Shown here one piece after another: positions 39,839 to 54,748 of a stretch of DNA of 64,000 nucleotides. Source of the stretch: Octopus sinensis. Lineage: Eukaryota. The translations under genes were made by a program, and so were the position numbers. Under the pieces are notes generated by a model. That model did no database searches and was not told where the DNA came from. It worked only from the letters and a program-made list of their open reading frames with translations. The DNA lies in assembly GCF_006345805.1 (NCBI RefSeq), contig NC_042998.1:72168001-72232000 (forward strand). Direction: 5' to 3'. Within the stretch, counting starts at the first letter, position 1, and every line of letters starts with the position of its first letter.

Positions 39839-41677
39839 GCATACACACGCGCACAAATTCACACACACACTCACACGCACATATATGTAAACATATAGCT
39901 TGCTGTATACACAATACTTAAATATGAAGTACTTATAGTTCCATGCAAATAGCTGCGGAGATATAAACACACCAACACACACATATCGGGGAAACCAAGT
40001 GTTGCGTTCCTCAATGTACTAAAAGTATTTATGAGATTCTTCTTAAATTTTTCGTGTGTATGACTATCACAATTGTGATGAATATACATTCGATAAACCT
40101 AGAATACTTACATCTGTTTATGCGAAGGCAATTTTAAAAGAAGATGTGCAAAACACTGGCCTTCTTTCCGACTTTTGGGCAACACCAAATCCACATGACA
40201 GGCTAGCCATTTTGGGGATCTGAAGACCAATCGCAAGAAGCTGAAACATTGATAGAAATCTATGTCACATTTGGTAATGGATAAAAGTGATGCAAACTAT
40301 GTATGACTGAAAAATGTCAGATTCATTTTAGATGCAAGAAACTATTTAATTGCAAACCTGAAATGTTAACAAATACAAACACATGAACAAAATTATTTTA
40401 TCAAATGTAGTTCTTTTATCAAATGAGTAACTGTATCAAAGGCTTTTGCTTCTTCCTCGTTGAATTATCTTATACCTACTAAATTGATAACCCTTTCGAC
40501 AAAGGATTTGCAACTGTTTCTTTTTCATATTTTATTTACCTCTTTCTTCCTTGTTCTGTCTTTTCTTACTGTGTATGTTTTCGTTTGTGTGTGAAACTAT
40601 ATGTGTGTGAATAAACGCTCAAATATGCACGCACTCACAAGCACACTTGCATACACACATATCCTTCTAGACGCGTGGCAACTCCTTTGTATCAGTGTAG
40701 ATGAAGAGTCATCGAATCATCAAATCATCAAATAGGAACTTTGCTGACACAACTCGAATACAAGCAATCTATTATAATCTAAGAAAGGCATCAGTTGCTT
40801 GCTGATTATTGCGTGCCAGATAATGACTGCCACAAAAAGTGTTGTGGTGTACATTGTACTGAAAATGCAAGGAGCAGGAAAAATGTGAAAGGTGCCACGT
40901 CCGATGCTCTAATTCTTCCATCACCCGCCCGACAGAGGTAACTTACTTTTTGCAACCACGGAATTTAAAAAAAAACTCATAGTCAGCGGTATTCGAAGAC
41001 AAATTCCAAGATAAAAGAATGAATACCCCAACGACGTTCCTATTCGATACATGAAAGCATCTTTATGTATGTATTTTATGAATGTTTGTATGTATATATG
41101 TATGAGTGTGTGCGCTTGGTTGTATATATATTAGGTATATATATATACATTACGGAATTCAGGAATTTGTGGGTTCTTTAATTTTATTTATTTTTGTTTG
41201 GCAATATAACAGCATTCAGATTTCCAAAAGTGTATTACGATATTTTCCTCTTGGCTATTTATTGGCTATTTGTACAACGGTAAAACTTTTCGGAAATACA
41301 TATCAAGAATTAATTCCCGATACATTGCTTGCGGGAAGAGGAGCAATATGAATTTATTGATGCTAACCATAAACAGCGGAGAAAAAAGTATCAGTTACAT
41401 TTAGACACCCTATCGTTACAACAATAATTTTTTAAAAAATCTTAGCTATTCTCTATCGACTTCGAAGACACATTTTCCATTTGATTTCATATTTCAATGT
41501 AAATTGTATTTTAACTAAAAGCCTAGTATGATCTCACTTGTATTTGCTTAATATTTTATTATAGAATAACGTTGGAGTAGTCCTCAAGATGTAATGCCAT
41601 CATTAAAACATCTAAGGTTCTTATCGTGGAGTAATGCTGGGAGGAAATCATTTACTTTTATTCCAAAATATCTAAAT

Positions 41678-41770
41678 ATTTATATAGAACATGAATTATT
41701 AATGTGATGCTGAAATATGTTATGTTTATATAGAACATGAATTATTAATGTAATTCTGAAATATGTTGTA
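41678..41770. repeat. Tandem duplication, 2 x ~46 bp
   Basis: tttatatagaacatgaattattaatgt..ctgaaatatgtt occurs twice in a row. Confidence 0.85.
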
Positions 41771-42389
41771 TTTACATAATTTACATATATTTTGTTCTTT
41801 GAATTGCTGGTCGTCATTTGAAAAGGACTGGTGACATATGAAACAATTCTATCTAGGAGATTTTATAATTATTCTCGTTGAGATCAATAATTACAGCACT
41901 ATTTTTGAATACGGATTTTATTAGAAAGGTAGCCGGGATCAACTAAAATGTTATACTAACAAACAGGCAGATACTCTTTGTTTAGTTGCGAGTGTCATTA
42001 TGTTTCATAACATTCCAGTTACAGCACTCATAGAATCAAATTCATTATAGATGTATGCATTTTTGTTTGTTATATTTTTATGATGCTGTAGTGTAATGAA
42101 GATTGAGATTTTCTAATGTGTCCTTTCGTTTGAAAACGTTAGGATATAATTCCAAGTTCATTTCACAAGCAGTTTAGAAGAATAAATGATTATTTATAGT
42201 CATAGTAATTGAATCTTATATTTTCTTTTTACTTGCCCAGTTATTGCGAATGGTGTGGCAAAACTAACTTTCATAGATTACAGGGTTGGAAATATATGTA
42301 TTATATATTTGTTAGCACAAAAAAGAAATGAAAAAAAAATTAGAACTTGCTATAACTTGGAAATACAACGAAGTATAGCATTCGTATTT

Positions 42390-42599
42390 TGGCACCCGAC
42401 CAACAATTATGGGTTAGTGTTAGGTCCTTTACATCAGCCCCAATACTCCGACTGATACTTATTTTATTGATCCCAAAATAATTTACGTCCCGAATTTCAA
42501 ATTCCTCGGCGTAATTTGTAAATTAGAACGTATAGAAGAACGAAATGCCCTCAAGCATTTTGCCCGGCATGCTAACCACTCTGCTATCATCGCGCCTTA
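42390..42599 (-). mobile_element. Degenerate SINE family A
   Basis: agaacgta..cgaaatgccctcaagcattttgcccggcatgctaacc..cgcctt. Confidence 0.7.
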
Positions 42600-44967
42600 A
42601 TACCACGAATTATTGAATCAAATAACATTTCCATCAATAGTCCTGGCATTATACAGTGAATATATCTTCTCCATATCATTCTTAGAATGCTTCTCATACA
42701 TCAACATTAATGAATGTCGTAGTATACTTTCTGAGAAAAAGCCAAATATAGTTTTTTAGTATGAGTGTACCCTTGCCTCATTCTCCTGACTATGCTACCA
42801 AGAATAGTAGTTTTTAAAACAACTTTGCACCGCCTTCTATATATTACAGGAGTGTTATATACAAGGTATTATTCAGTAGTAATAGAATTGTTATTTTAGA
42901 AATCCTAGGTATATTAAAGGCCATGTTGACAGAATTTCGAATCTGTTGTACATGTATACAAGAAAGCAGCACCTGCAATTTTGGCCCTCGCTTTGCCATT
43001 TCTGGGTCCATGTTTTTCCATGAATACAACATAATGAAAAGACAACATTTATAAATGGAACCCAAACCAATAACTAATGAAAAATTGCCAGCAATATATT
43101 GATTGGAAATATATTTATTATGAGTTTGCATAGCTCTAACAACTAATAAATATCCAAATAATCAATAGTTCTGGTATGAAAACTCCTTTACATAATATAA
43201 ATATACATGCGTGAGAACTTTTGATATCCGTTAATAATGAAATAATAAGCCCTCAAAATGTTTCCCCACGATAATGCAAGGTCAGGGTTTATATTGAAAT
43301 CAGATTACTGAATGCCTTCACTTAAGTTGAGGTAGTATATATAAATGCATTTTAATATGTTCGAGTTATTGTGACGAGAGAATGCATAAGTATGCAATAT
43401 ATATTATTTGGCACAATCCTGGAAATATCTGAACGTTACAGGCTTTCACGAATAATGCATCACTACTATATTGTGGAAGCATATTTGATAATATAATGTT
43501 AAGTTTAGGTTCTTTAATTCGTTAATATCCTCGTATATTAACAATTTATCATTTGAAAATAGGCTATTAGCGTGGTCATTACACTCAATGTAATTTATAC
43601 TCATCCATCACCTTGTTTAGAATGTTCTTCTACGTTCTTTTAGAACGTTGTTTGGATATTAAGGGTGATACTGTTATTCCATACATTAAGTGGGAATGCA
43701 AGATAGTCTAGCTGACAGATATGCACGTAGTTTTCTATAAAATGACATTACCACTGCTTAATGTAATATTAAGGTGATTAATGTAGGGATTTTATAGTAG
43801 GAAAATAAAAAAAAAAGAAATATATAAGTGAAGTATATCAAAGCAATCGTTAATGTGATATGCTTTTGTGTATTTTGCAGAAATTGTTGTTTCTTTTTTT
43901 TCAAGAGAGTTCTTTTGTCAGCGAAATATCTTCAGTATTTCCTTGGAATTCAATGGTTTAAAAAAATTACTTGTCATTGAATTGCTCAACTTTAAGATAA
44001 CATATATTTTACAATAAAAACCAAAAATTATAATATCTATTATCAACGTTAAAATATAAATTAAGAAGTTATATAACGGATAAACAACATTAAGTGTAAC
44101 GTGGAAAACTGTAAGTAAATTTTTGTTCATTAGAGCTGTTATTGATATACGATATAATATTCATTTGGGGTGCGAAACTTAATAGGTAGCTGTTATCGAA
44201 TCTAGTTAGCTCCAGGGCAATTTTAATCAAGCATACTTAGTGGTCAAAAAGAATCCTCTTCTGAGAGTTTTACAACTCCATTTAGAAAGTCACCTATCTT
44301 TCCTTTAAGGCGGTAAGCTGTGACATGAAGAATACTTGGCTGCTATCATTAGCAAGCGAAGTCACTGTTCAGAAAGTTACCGTCTGCGCGTATATGCAAT
44401 AAATCTCTTAAGGCATAAATGAATACTGTATATAACATTGTATAAAGTAAAATTAGAAATGGTTTGCAATTAGAAATGGTTAGCAATACTACTCACAGTC
44501 GATGCATAATAAATGACAAAAGTAAATACGTATTAAAATTAAATTCTCATGTATGCTTCATTTAAATGAAAATATAAGCGAAATAAAAACGAACAGAGCT
44601 GGATAAATTTGCATTTATCACTTAGAACTCTAGTATATTCTCTAGTAATTAACATTGTATTCATTGTTCTGTTGAGTTTCAGTTTCACATTATCTATAAT
44701 GAATTGAATATATCCATCTATATGTATACGAATAAGGCTGACTGTTTGCAAGCGTATTTTGGCATAGCAGCCATATGCTTCTGGGTTGTATATCATTGAG
44801 GGATAAATCAAATGCCTTCAACTGTATCCCGGATATAATCGATGTATTTTGCGTGCAATTAAGCAAGCACAAACTATGTACGTGATTATATATATATATT
44901 ATATATATATATATGCGTGTGTGTGTGTGTTTGTATGTTAGTATGTATGTATATATATATATATATG

Positions 44968-45391
<424 letters not shown>

Positions 45392-45401
45392 ATGTATATA
45401 T

Positions 45402-45435
<34 letters not shown>

Positions 45436-45436
<1 letters not shown>

Positions 45437-46292
45437 TACTCTAGTTTCATCTCAGAGCTGCGCCCATGCTGATGCACCGCCGTTTTGTGCCACACTGTTA
45501 TTACTAAGAGCCTCCTCTAATATGTGGCATTTGGTGAAGAATGGAGTTTGATGTAGCTACCCAAATTTGGACCTCTTGCCGTAAGGTAGATTCATCTGGG
45601 ACTCTCGACAGGAAGAGGTCCAGCTTTGATTTAAAAACCCCTACATTACGTTGTGCATGTTACTCAGACTCTTTAGGAGAATATTAAAAAGCTGTGGGTC
45701 CTTGAAACTCAGGCTGTTGCAGTAACTGGTCCTGAAGCGTGATGGCATTGGTGGGACCTTTGGCACTATGCTGTGTTGTCCCGTCCTGGCATTGTTATAG
45801 CTTTCAATGCCAAAATGTGGCACAATTCCTTGCAGGATCTTCCAGATATATATTACTGCATACCTCTCCCATCTTCTCTCCAGGGAGTAGAATCTTAGCT
45901 GTTTCAACCTTTCCCAGTAGCTGAGCTGTTGCAAAGAGATGATCTTCTTAGTGAATCTTCTCTGGATTAGTTCAAGGCCCGCTGTTAATTTCACACTGGT
46001 GGGTGACCATAGTTGTGAGTAGTAATCCAGGCGGCTGAGGACAAATGTCCGCAGAGGACTATCATGGTTTCCTTATCTCTCGTTCTGAATGTTCTTAAGA
46101 TCCATCCATCCAGTGGTCGCCATCCTGGTAATGTGCACTTGGAAGGAGGTATCATCACTCATGTCGATACCCAGGTCCCTCACTGGCTTAGGCTCTGGGA
46201 TTGAAATTCCCTGTGGACCAGTGGACCCTGTAAGTTTAATATTCAGTTTTGGATGCTGGTAGCGCAGGGCCTGAAATTTATCAGCATTAATG
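45436..46292 (-). mobile_element. CR1/L2-group LINE 3' end (left arm of inverted duplication)
   Basis: [60 protein letters not shown]. Confidence 0.9.
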
Positions 46293-46338
<46 letters not shown>

Positions 46339-46348
46339 TGTATATATG

Positions 46349-46405
<57 letters not shown>

Positions 46406-46407
<2 letters not shown>

Positions 46408-46567
46408 CTTACGGAAATGTGTTTTGCATAGCAAGTGTCTTGATCTGAGACAGTGTGCTGGAACGAAAACAATTGCAGCGTGGAAGGTGTTTATAAGCCA
46501 TTTAAGAAACACACAAAAACCATTAGATTCACTTCAAAATTTGAATTTAATTTGTCAAAATATTTTC
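46406..46567 (-). mobile_element. Probable PLE terminal fragment abutting (TA)n
   Basis: Unique block starting at a (TA)n tract, duplicated inverted at 47689-47820. PLE identity is inferred from context and a terminal gaaaatatttt half-motif. Confidence 0.45.
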
Positions 46568-46619
46568 ATAATAGCATTAAAATTCCTTTGATTAGAACGC
46601 TTTCTAACATAGAAATATC

Positions 46620-47455
46620 CAAATAACATTTGAGGCACATAATGCTTTATTAGTACAAAAGAGGAATCTTTGCAGCCGAAGCGACTCGAAACATATACTT
46701 AGTTTATGGGAAAGAATGCTTGAAAGAAAGGACTTGCAGAAGATGTTTTGCAAAATTCAGTAGTGGCGATGTCAACCTTGAAGATGAAGATCGAACAGGA
46801 CGTCTAGTTGAGTTTGATGATGAACTTCTTGAGGTATCACTTGAAGAAACTCCTGCATTATAAGTTGGAGAATTGGTAATAAAGTTTAGTTCAAACCATA
46901 CCACTGCTCATCCATCATCATGTTCAACAATTTGATAAGGTTCCTAAACTTAGAAAATGGGTGCCTCATGAATTATCCGAAAGCTAGCGCAAATCCCGAG
47001 TTAACATCTGCTCTTTTGCCTATTCTCGCGAACTTGTTTCACCCTTTTGGATAGACTTGTGACTGAGGACAGAAGATGCATCTTCTAGCGAAATGTTAAA
47101 CCTCGTAAACAGTGGATTGGTAAAAGGGAAAAATCTCGACCACAACCGAGAAGGGAACGTCATGGGAAAAAAGGTTCTTCTCTCTATCTGGTGAGGTTGC
47201 AAAAGAGTAATTCACTTTGAATTGTTACCACCTAATGCAACAATCAATGTGCCAGTCTATTGTCAGCAATTGGAGCGTTTGAACCAAGCTTTGATAAAAA
47301 AAAACACTTTAGTGAATCGAAAATGAGTGATGTTTCATCACGACAATGCGCGACCCCACACTGCAAACTCACATCACAGAAGATTGAAGAGTTTGGGAAA
47401 AATGCCTCATCCCCCTTATTCTTCCGACCTTCAAACTACCATTTTACTCTGTTTA
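46620..47455 (+). mobile_element. Mariner (Mos1-like) transposase remnant
   Basis: FAKFSSGDVNLEDEDRTGR..KWVPHELSE..PFLDRLVT..HGKKVLLSIW..FELLPPNATIN..YCQQLERL..FHHDNARPH..HPPYSSDL. Confidence 0.92.
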
Positions 47456-47522
47456 TTACCCATCGGTGCTCAGCACTGACATCATTGTGAGGAAAGGATT
47501 ATTGTTGTCGTCGTTAGTAGTA

Positions 47523-47840
47523 TGAAAGCGCATAGCTAAATGGTTTAGGTATTCGCTTCACGATCCTAATGCAGTCACTCCGGAACCTGGGGGTGTGGTG
47601 TATCCTTGAGCAAGGTATTTTATTTCACCTTACTCTACTCCACTCGGCTGACAAAAAACAGTAGTACCTGTATTTCCAATAGACAGTCTTGAAGTGAATC
47701 TAATGGTTTTTGTGTGTTTCTTAAATGGCTTATAAACACCTTCCACGCTGCAATTGTTTTCGTTCCAGCACACTGTCTCAGATCAAGACACTTGCTATGC
47801 AAAATACATTTCCGTAAGATATATATATATATATATATAT

Positions 47841-47879
<39 letters not shown>

Positions 47880-47957
47880 TATATATATATATATATACAT
47901 ATATACATTAATATATTATATATATTATATATATTATATATATATATATATATATAC

Positions 47958-47988
<31 letters not shown>

Positions 47989-48935
47989 TATATACATATA
48001 TATATATATACATTAATGCTGATAAATTTCAGGCCCTGCGCTACCAGCATCCAAAACTGAATATTAAACTTACAGGGTCCACTGGTCCACAGGGAATTTC
48101 AATCCCAGAGCCTAAGCCAGTGAGGGACCTGGGTATCGACATGAGTGATGATACCTCATTCCAAGTGCACATTACCAGGATGGCGACCACTGGATGGATG
48201 GATCTTAAGAACATTCAGAACGAGAGATAAGGAAACCATGATGGTCCTCTGCGGACATTTGTCCTCAGCCGCCTGGATTACTACTCACAACTATGGTCAC
48301 CCACCAGTGTGAAATTAACAGCGGGCCTTGAACTAATCCAGAGAAGATTCACTAAGAAGATCATCTCTTTGCAACAGCTCAGCTACTGGGAAAGTTTGAA
48401 ACAGCTAAGATTCTACTCCCTGGAGAGAAGATGAGAGGTATGCAGTAATATATATCTGGAAGATCCGCAAGGAATTGTGCCACATTTTGGCATTGAAAGC
48501 TATAACAATGCCAGGACGGGACAACACAGCATAGTGCCAAAGGTCCCACAATGCCATCACGCTTCAGGACCAGTTACTGCAACAGCCTGAGTTTCAAGGA
48601 CCCACAGCTTTTTAATATTCTCCTAAAGAGTCTGTAACATGCACAACGTAATGTAGGGGTTTTTAAATCAAAGCTGGACCTCTTCCTGTCGAGAGTCCCA
48701 GATGAATCTACCTTACGGCAAGAGGTCCAAATTGGGTAGCTACATCAAACTCCATTCTTCACCAAATGCCACATATTAGAGGAGGCTCTTAGTAATAACA
48801 GTGTGGCACAAAACGGCGGTGCATCAGCATGGGCGCAGCTCTGAGATGAACTAGAGTATATATATGTATATATATATATATTATATATATACACACACAC
48901 ACACACACTATATCATATATATATTATATATATAT

Positions 48936-48998
<63 letters not shown>

Positions 48999-49118
48999 TA
49001 CATGTGTCCAGGTCTATCTTACTGAGAACTATGTTGATGTTTTTCGTGCCTGTTGAGTTCTCAATCATTGCACATTAATTTCCAGAGCAATCTGACCCGT
49101 TGAAGGGATCATCTGAAG
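47523..49118 (+). mobile_element. SINE family C split by a 1.3-kb insertion (5' part 47523-47691, 3' part ~49003-49118)
   Basis: 5' part ends gtatttccaatagacagtcttg and sequence resumes tgtgtc-N12-actgagaact, collinear with the 23918-24168 copy (gtatttcaaagggccgaccttt..tgtgtc-N12-actgacaact). Confidence 0.7.
48011..48858 (+). mobile_element. CR1/L2-group LINE 3' end (right arm of inverted duplication)
   Basis: Reverse complement of 45436-46292 with the same 5' truncation point. Confidence 0.9.
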
Positions 49119-49515
49119 GAGAGTAAATTGTTTTATATAATAAACAGTTTGATTTAACTGGAATTTAGCCGCATAGTTTTATACTGCGGATAGCTACTGA
49201 GAACTCGTTCCTAGGATAATTCGAAAGTGGGTATTTTCTGGTTAGTTTCTTTTGAATTAGCAGGCCACTGTCTTGATTTAGCAGGCCACTGATCGAATGC
49301 TTCCAATTACGGCTATGAAATCCGCCTGCCTGAGTAGGGTAAACCCTCGTATGTGCGTACAATTTCTGATGAATAGTTTTAAGTTTAAAACAATAGTGTG
49401 TTGTTCAAGGGAAATTTAGCGTTTACATTTACCTAATCGAAAAATAAGTTACAGAATCTTTATTTATTTCTCACTATATAAGTGTTGATTTCATTCTATA
49501 TCCACTGTCATCATA

Positions 49516-50586
49516 TGAAGGTAAGTCAAAAATTATAGCCACTCTTGTTTTTATTTTATCAAAACAAATGCGATTGTTGAACAATTGCATCAGTTTTCGA
49601 CAACGTCAGCTTGCTTTTCGATGAAATACTTTCAGTGGTACACAAACTTGCTTATATTTTCAGGGAAGGTTTCTGGCTGAGTGCGCAGAAACACCTCAAA
49701 ACACAATTTATCAATGGTTTTAATGATGTGTGTAGTCGTATGTGGGTCTGTATTTTCAGGCAACAAATATATTTGTTTTGACAAAAAATCTCAGCGTTTG
49801 GTATAAATTGCTAGCATTTCACTGTTGATTACACTGGTGACAGTACACCTCTTTTCCAGTATATGTTCCAGTATATGTTCCCGTGATGTTCCAGTATATC
49901 ATTTTGCGTCCGAAAACCCGTTAAGATCACTTCTTCCGTGGGAAGTTTAGTCTTTAATTTCTTTCTTACAAGCGATTCCGGACATTGGCATTCCATATTT
50001 AACCCTTTGAATTCTGGCTTAAAGTGGAGGACTCATCCCATGTTACTTCTCTCCAAAAATCCTTTGCGTTCATCGTCGATCGATCAGGCGTTGACAAATC
50101 TCCACTCTATTACGCTTATGTGCTTTAGTAACAACTCTTGACACCCACCTCGCACAGACTTTACAGAAATGAAGCTTGTCTTTGATAATTTCATATGTAA
50201 GGCCATGGATAATTTTAAGAGTACATGCCACTACATCGATGGTTACTCGTCAGTTCACTAGGATAATCTCTCGTCCTTTTCCATCTTCGCGCTTCCCGCT
50301 GATCTGGTCGGTCATGCTCCTGCGATGTTCAGTACTGTCCTCACAATTTACTGAAAGCCTGCGGTGAATTTCAGCGCCTGACAACATCTTAAAATCAGAG
50401 AAATCGGGTCATTGTAATTTATTATTTCTTGGTACACATCACCAGCTTAGAAGCCATGTTTATTTTGATAATACAAGGGGAAAACTGGAGCGATCCAGGT
50501 CAAACTTCGGTTGCATAACAATAATAGTACTACCTTTTAGTATGTGTCCACTGAAGTGGGGGGGTGCAATTATTAACTTAACCTCG
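49516..50586 (-). mobile_element. Decayed mariner element with both TIRs and TA target duplication
   Basis: TA|tgaaggtaagtcaaaaattat ... aattattaacttaacctcg|TA. Interior has degraded mariner motifs (gatgagtcc, gaatggaatgcc, ggaagtgatctt..gttttcggacgc). Confidence 0.7.
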
Positions 50587-51330
50587 TACATGATCTAGTT
50601 TTAATTAATATCATATATTTACATGGAAGAATTTGGCTTATGATATTAAGTCGCTATATTTTGTGTGTGAATGAGTCATCAAAATCACTCCTAGAAATTA
50701 TTTCGTTCGCAGTTAAAATACAATTGTTTGGCATATTTTTATCTGCAAGAACAGATGACCACATCCCTTTCTTACAGCTGTTCACTTCTACATTTCTAAT
50801 TCTACATATCAAATGAATCTTTGTGAGGTTAGGGCAATGCTCCAAACTTTATTATTGTGTGACAGTCTGATATGGTAACACCTAATGAAATTTCCTCCAA
50901 TTCTATTGTATACAATTAAGGGGAATACAGTTTATATATATATTTACCAACGAAATATCAATTACCGTATTCTTCCTCCTAAATTATATCTTTGTACAAC
51001 CAGATTAATTATTTAATATTTTTTCTCTATAATCCGAATACCGAGGATTTTAAGTCTTAAATTGCCTATAATTTACCGTAAACAGTATCATGTATTTTTT
51101 TATACAATTTATGGCTTTATAATTTTCAAAGCTTAATTTTAATAACATTCGCTACCGTTATAAATTTATATTGTTCAGAATTAATTTCATGAAATTATAA
51201 ATATATGAGAAAACAATAATAGATTAATAAACTTTTATTCGTTTCTTCAGTTTCTAATATATTATATTGACTTTTTCTGTATTTTCATAAGTAGATGTAA
51301 TGCCCTGCTTACTCTTGTTAGACATTTGGA

Positions 51331-51332
<2 letters not shown>

Positions 51333-51392
<60 letters not shown>

Positions 51393-51410
51393 ACACACAC
51401 ACACACACGC
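51333..51410. repeat. (CA)n microsatellite
   Basis: Directly visible. Confidence 0.95.
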
Positions 51411-51439
51411 AGACTCACAGAGTGGTGAGAGAGAGGGAG

Positions 51440-51623
51440 ATGCCAGCAATTTTGGGGGAGATTAGGTCGAGCCCAGTTTTCAACTGGTACTCATTTCGTC
51501 GAACCTGACAGAGATTACAATCAAAGTCGATCAGGGCACAATTTGAAATCGGAACGGGAAGCGGGACGAAATATCGGTAAGCGTTTTGCCCGGCGTTCTA
51601 ACATTTCTGCTAGGTAGCTGCTT
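51440..51623 (-). mobile_element. Degenerate SINE family A, tail type B
   Basis: caactggtact..aaagtcga..gacgaaatatcggtaagcgttttgcccggcgttctaacatttctgc. Confidence 0.8.
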
Positions 51624-52791
51624 CCATATATAGTACTTACGTTGTTTCTTTTGTCATATCTGTGGTTACAATAGATATATCCTTATTTTGAAATATATGC
51701 GGTCATCTGACGAGAACGGTTTCTTTCAAATTGATGTAGTGTTTTCATTAATCAATTAAAGGAACTCCTTGAAACGGCCGAAGTGAATTGACACCTGTAC
51801 AGATCTGTTACCCATTTATATTGTGTTCATCTAATTTTGAATCTGCACTTCGGAAATACTATAGAAAGTAACTTTATAAAATACATCCCTGAATTTCCAA
51901 GCGCACATATCTTCATTTATCTTGGTTGCGCATGCTACACACACGGCAGTAAAATCAGGTACAGACACCCCTGTATAGTGTATTGTTATTCATGTGATCG
52001 GCTTTAAAAATTGTCAAGACACTATGATATATTCTTACATATCTTCACATGAAAACAATGGTTAAGAAAAGTAGGAAACTAGCCTAGATACTTGACAATT
52101 TTTCAAGACAATCACAAGGGAAATGTTGATCACCTCTACTTTGAAAAATACAGCTTCGGCTAACTCTTGGAGATTCTCCTGAATTCCAGTGAATAAAACA
52201 ATATATCAATTAATCCAGGGATGTTAGACTTCAGTGGCATCTTTTGGATGATTGTCTCCCTTGAATTTGTCCTTTGGACAAATTGTCGTGTGGACCAAAC
52301 AAATGGAGGCCAACGCCTTTCTCTGTGTGATCGTCTTGAAAATTTGTTTAGATACTAGGATATTTTCCTACTTCTCTCAAACCAATGGTTGACTTAAATC
52401 ACAAATAAAGAAATTATATCCACCAAAGCGGTGGTGTTCAGTACTCATTTTCATCGTTCGACATTTACGTCTCTCTCTCTATATATATACATTCACATAT
52501 GTATGTGTGTATACATATTATATGAATATATGTGTGTCTGTGTGTATAAAGTAACTGCATTTATATCAAATGTTTTTTTTAATCTTCCTAAACAATATTA
52601 ATCATATTCAAATATTTTACGCGGAGATTTTATAATTCTGTAACAGTTATCTTAGTAAAAACCAAATAATGAAGTCTTACATATTGCGACAATTGTTACC
52701 GAGATATTTGCCACGATGTTTGGAACAAGTTTACTTGTTTATTACTATATATGTGTAGTTAACGCACATAAATTAAAACATATACGCTAAT

Positions 52792-52951
52792 AGACGTAGG
52801 AGTGGCTGTATGGTAAGAAGCTTGCCTCCCAACCACATGATTCCAGGTTTAGTCCCTTGCACATATCTCTTGTAATATAGCGTTGGGTCAACCAAATCCT
52901 TGTGAGTAGATTTGGTAGATGGAAACTGAAAGAAGCTCGTCATATATATAC

Positions 52952-52983
<32 letters not shown>

Positions 52984-53031
52984 GTGTGTGTGTATGTGTG
53001 TGTGTTTGTGTGTATGTGTGTGCATGCGTAT

Positions 53032-53085
<54 letters not shown>

Positions 53086-53299
53086 GCATATATACATGTT
53101 TGTGTGTCTGTGTTTGTCCTCCAACATCGCTTGACAACCGATGTTGGTGTATTTACGTCCCTTTAACCTAGCGGTTCCATGAAAAAAGCTGATATAATAA
53201 GTACTTGGCTTAAGAAGAATAAATCCTGGGGCGATTGATTTGACTAAAGGCGCTGCTCCAGCATAGTCGCAGTCGAGTGACTGAAAGAAATAGAAGAAT
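52792..53299 (+). mobile_element. CORE-type SINE family B with internal microsatellite
   Basis: Collinear with the 55362-55797 copy. Confidence 0.88.
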
Positions 53300-54450
53300 G
53301 CATCTATTCATGTCATGTGGCAGAGATATATGGGTGATATTTATGAAATAACAGCTCTCTTTCGCCATTAAATGCTTCTCACCAAAATTTGGAAGAAAAT
53401 AATTCTAAATGTTAATAGAGCATGATAGATGTATGCACAAATCCTGACATATGTATGCACAAAAGTTATGAAGAAGTGTAAGCAGAATTATAAAAGAAAT
53501 ATGAAATATGCTTAATACAGGATGGACAGATGGAAGTATGACATGATATTAAATATCACTATGAAGTAGCATCTAGTAGAGAGGAGGTAAGAAGAGGTCA
53601 AAAATTACATGATTATAATGATACTAGCTTTAGCTAAGTATGTAAGGGACTTTTTAAGGAATTGAGTGACTTGTCAGAAAAAAACCCACCCATATCTTAA
53701 TGAAATTAACCACTTGTTTGTTAAAAACATCTAAACACAATGTATAATAAGCTTCAACGTTTGAAAAAATACAGATGGTTATAGCAATAATAGAGTTTAT
53801 CATATATGTGCCTAGGAATGATAGCCTAGAAGTAAGATAAATTTCTGTACGTATGATTTTCCATTGCAATAATTACTGTGCAGATCTACTAATATGGATA
53901 CCTATTGATTGGCATTGCAGTCCGTCGCAGAATAGTTAGATAAGAATTCTCAAGTGAATTCTGTATAAACATATTATATTTTTATAACATTTTGGGCAGC
54001 ATATCAGCATAGATCACTATATAATTAAGTTTGTGTTAACACATTTAATGCAAATAATTATGCTCGGGAAAGTGAAAAAAAGAAACAATATGTATATTTC
54101 TCATTTCTAATGATTGTATACAATAATGAATCATTCCACCAAATTTAAATCGCATTTTCATGATAACCACATCTACATATTTCCCTAGCAACAACAATCT
54201 AGATATGTTTAATCTGCTGTTCAACTGAATATATTTTGCCAGTCAGCAAACATGGAATATTCGCAATAATTAACTAAAATAAATACAGTGATATTGTTTA
54301 TAGCTTTTAGTTCATTAATATAAAAGATTTGTAAACAATATTTCTCACAGGTTTGAGAAAGGAAAGAAAGCGTTGATAATAATGAACAAATAAAAAGGTT
54401 TGTTCCAAAATTCTAACAATCTATTTCTCAATATATATATATATATATAT

Positions 54451-54569
54451 CATCATCATCATCATATGACCGACCAGGCTATCATATGTTGCCACACATC
54501 GCTGGTCACAATGCGCTTCGCATTGTTTAGCCTTCAAATGACGCCACCCCACTGGCTAAGCGAGCAGGT

Positions 54570-54572
<3 letters not shown>
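54451..54572 (-). mobile_element. Short retroposon 3' end with (GAT)n tail inserted in (TA)n
   Basis: Unique 120-bp block ending in (tga)n on the minus strand. An RTE-type tail is inferred only. Confidence 0.5.
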
Positions 54573-54654
<82 letters not shown>

Positions 54655-54748
54655 CACCAAATTTAAGTAGAATTCTCACGATAACCACATTTACATATTT
54701 CCCTACCAATCTAGATACCTTTAATCTGCTGTTCAATGGAATATGTTT

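Noticed and set aside
40130-40345. Possible Tc1/mariner C-terminal scrap (another at ~52100-52380, minus, HLFGP)
   Set aside because: Too degenerate to delimit or classify.
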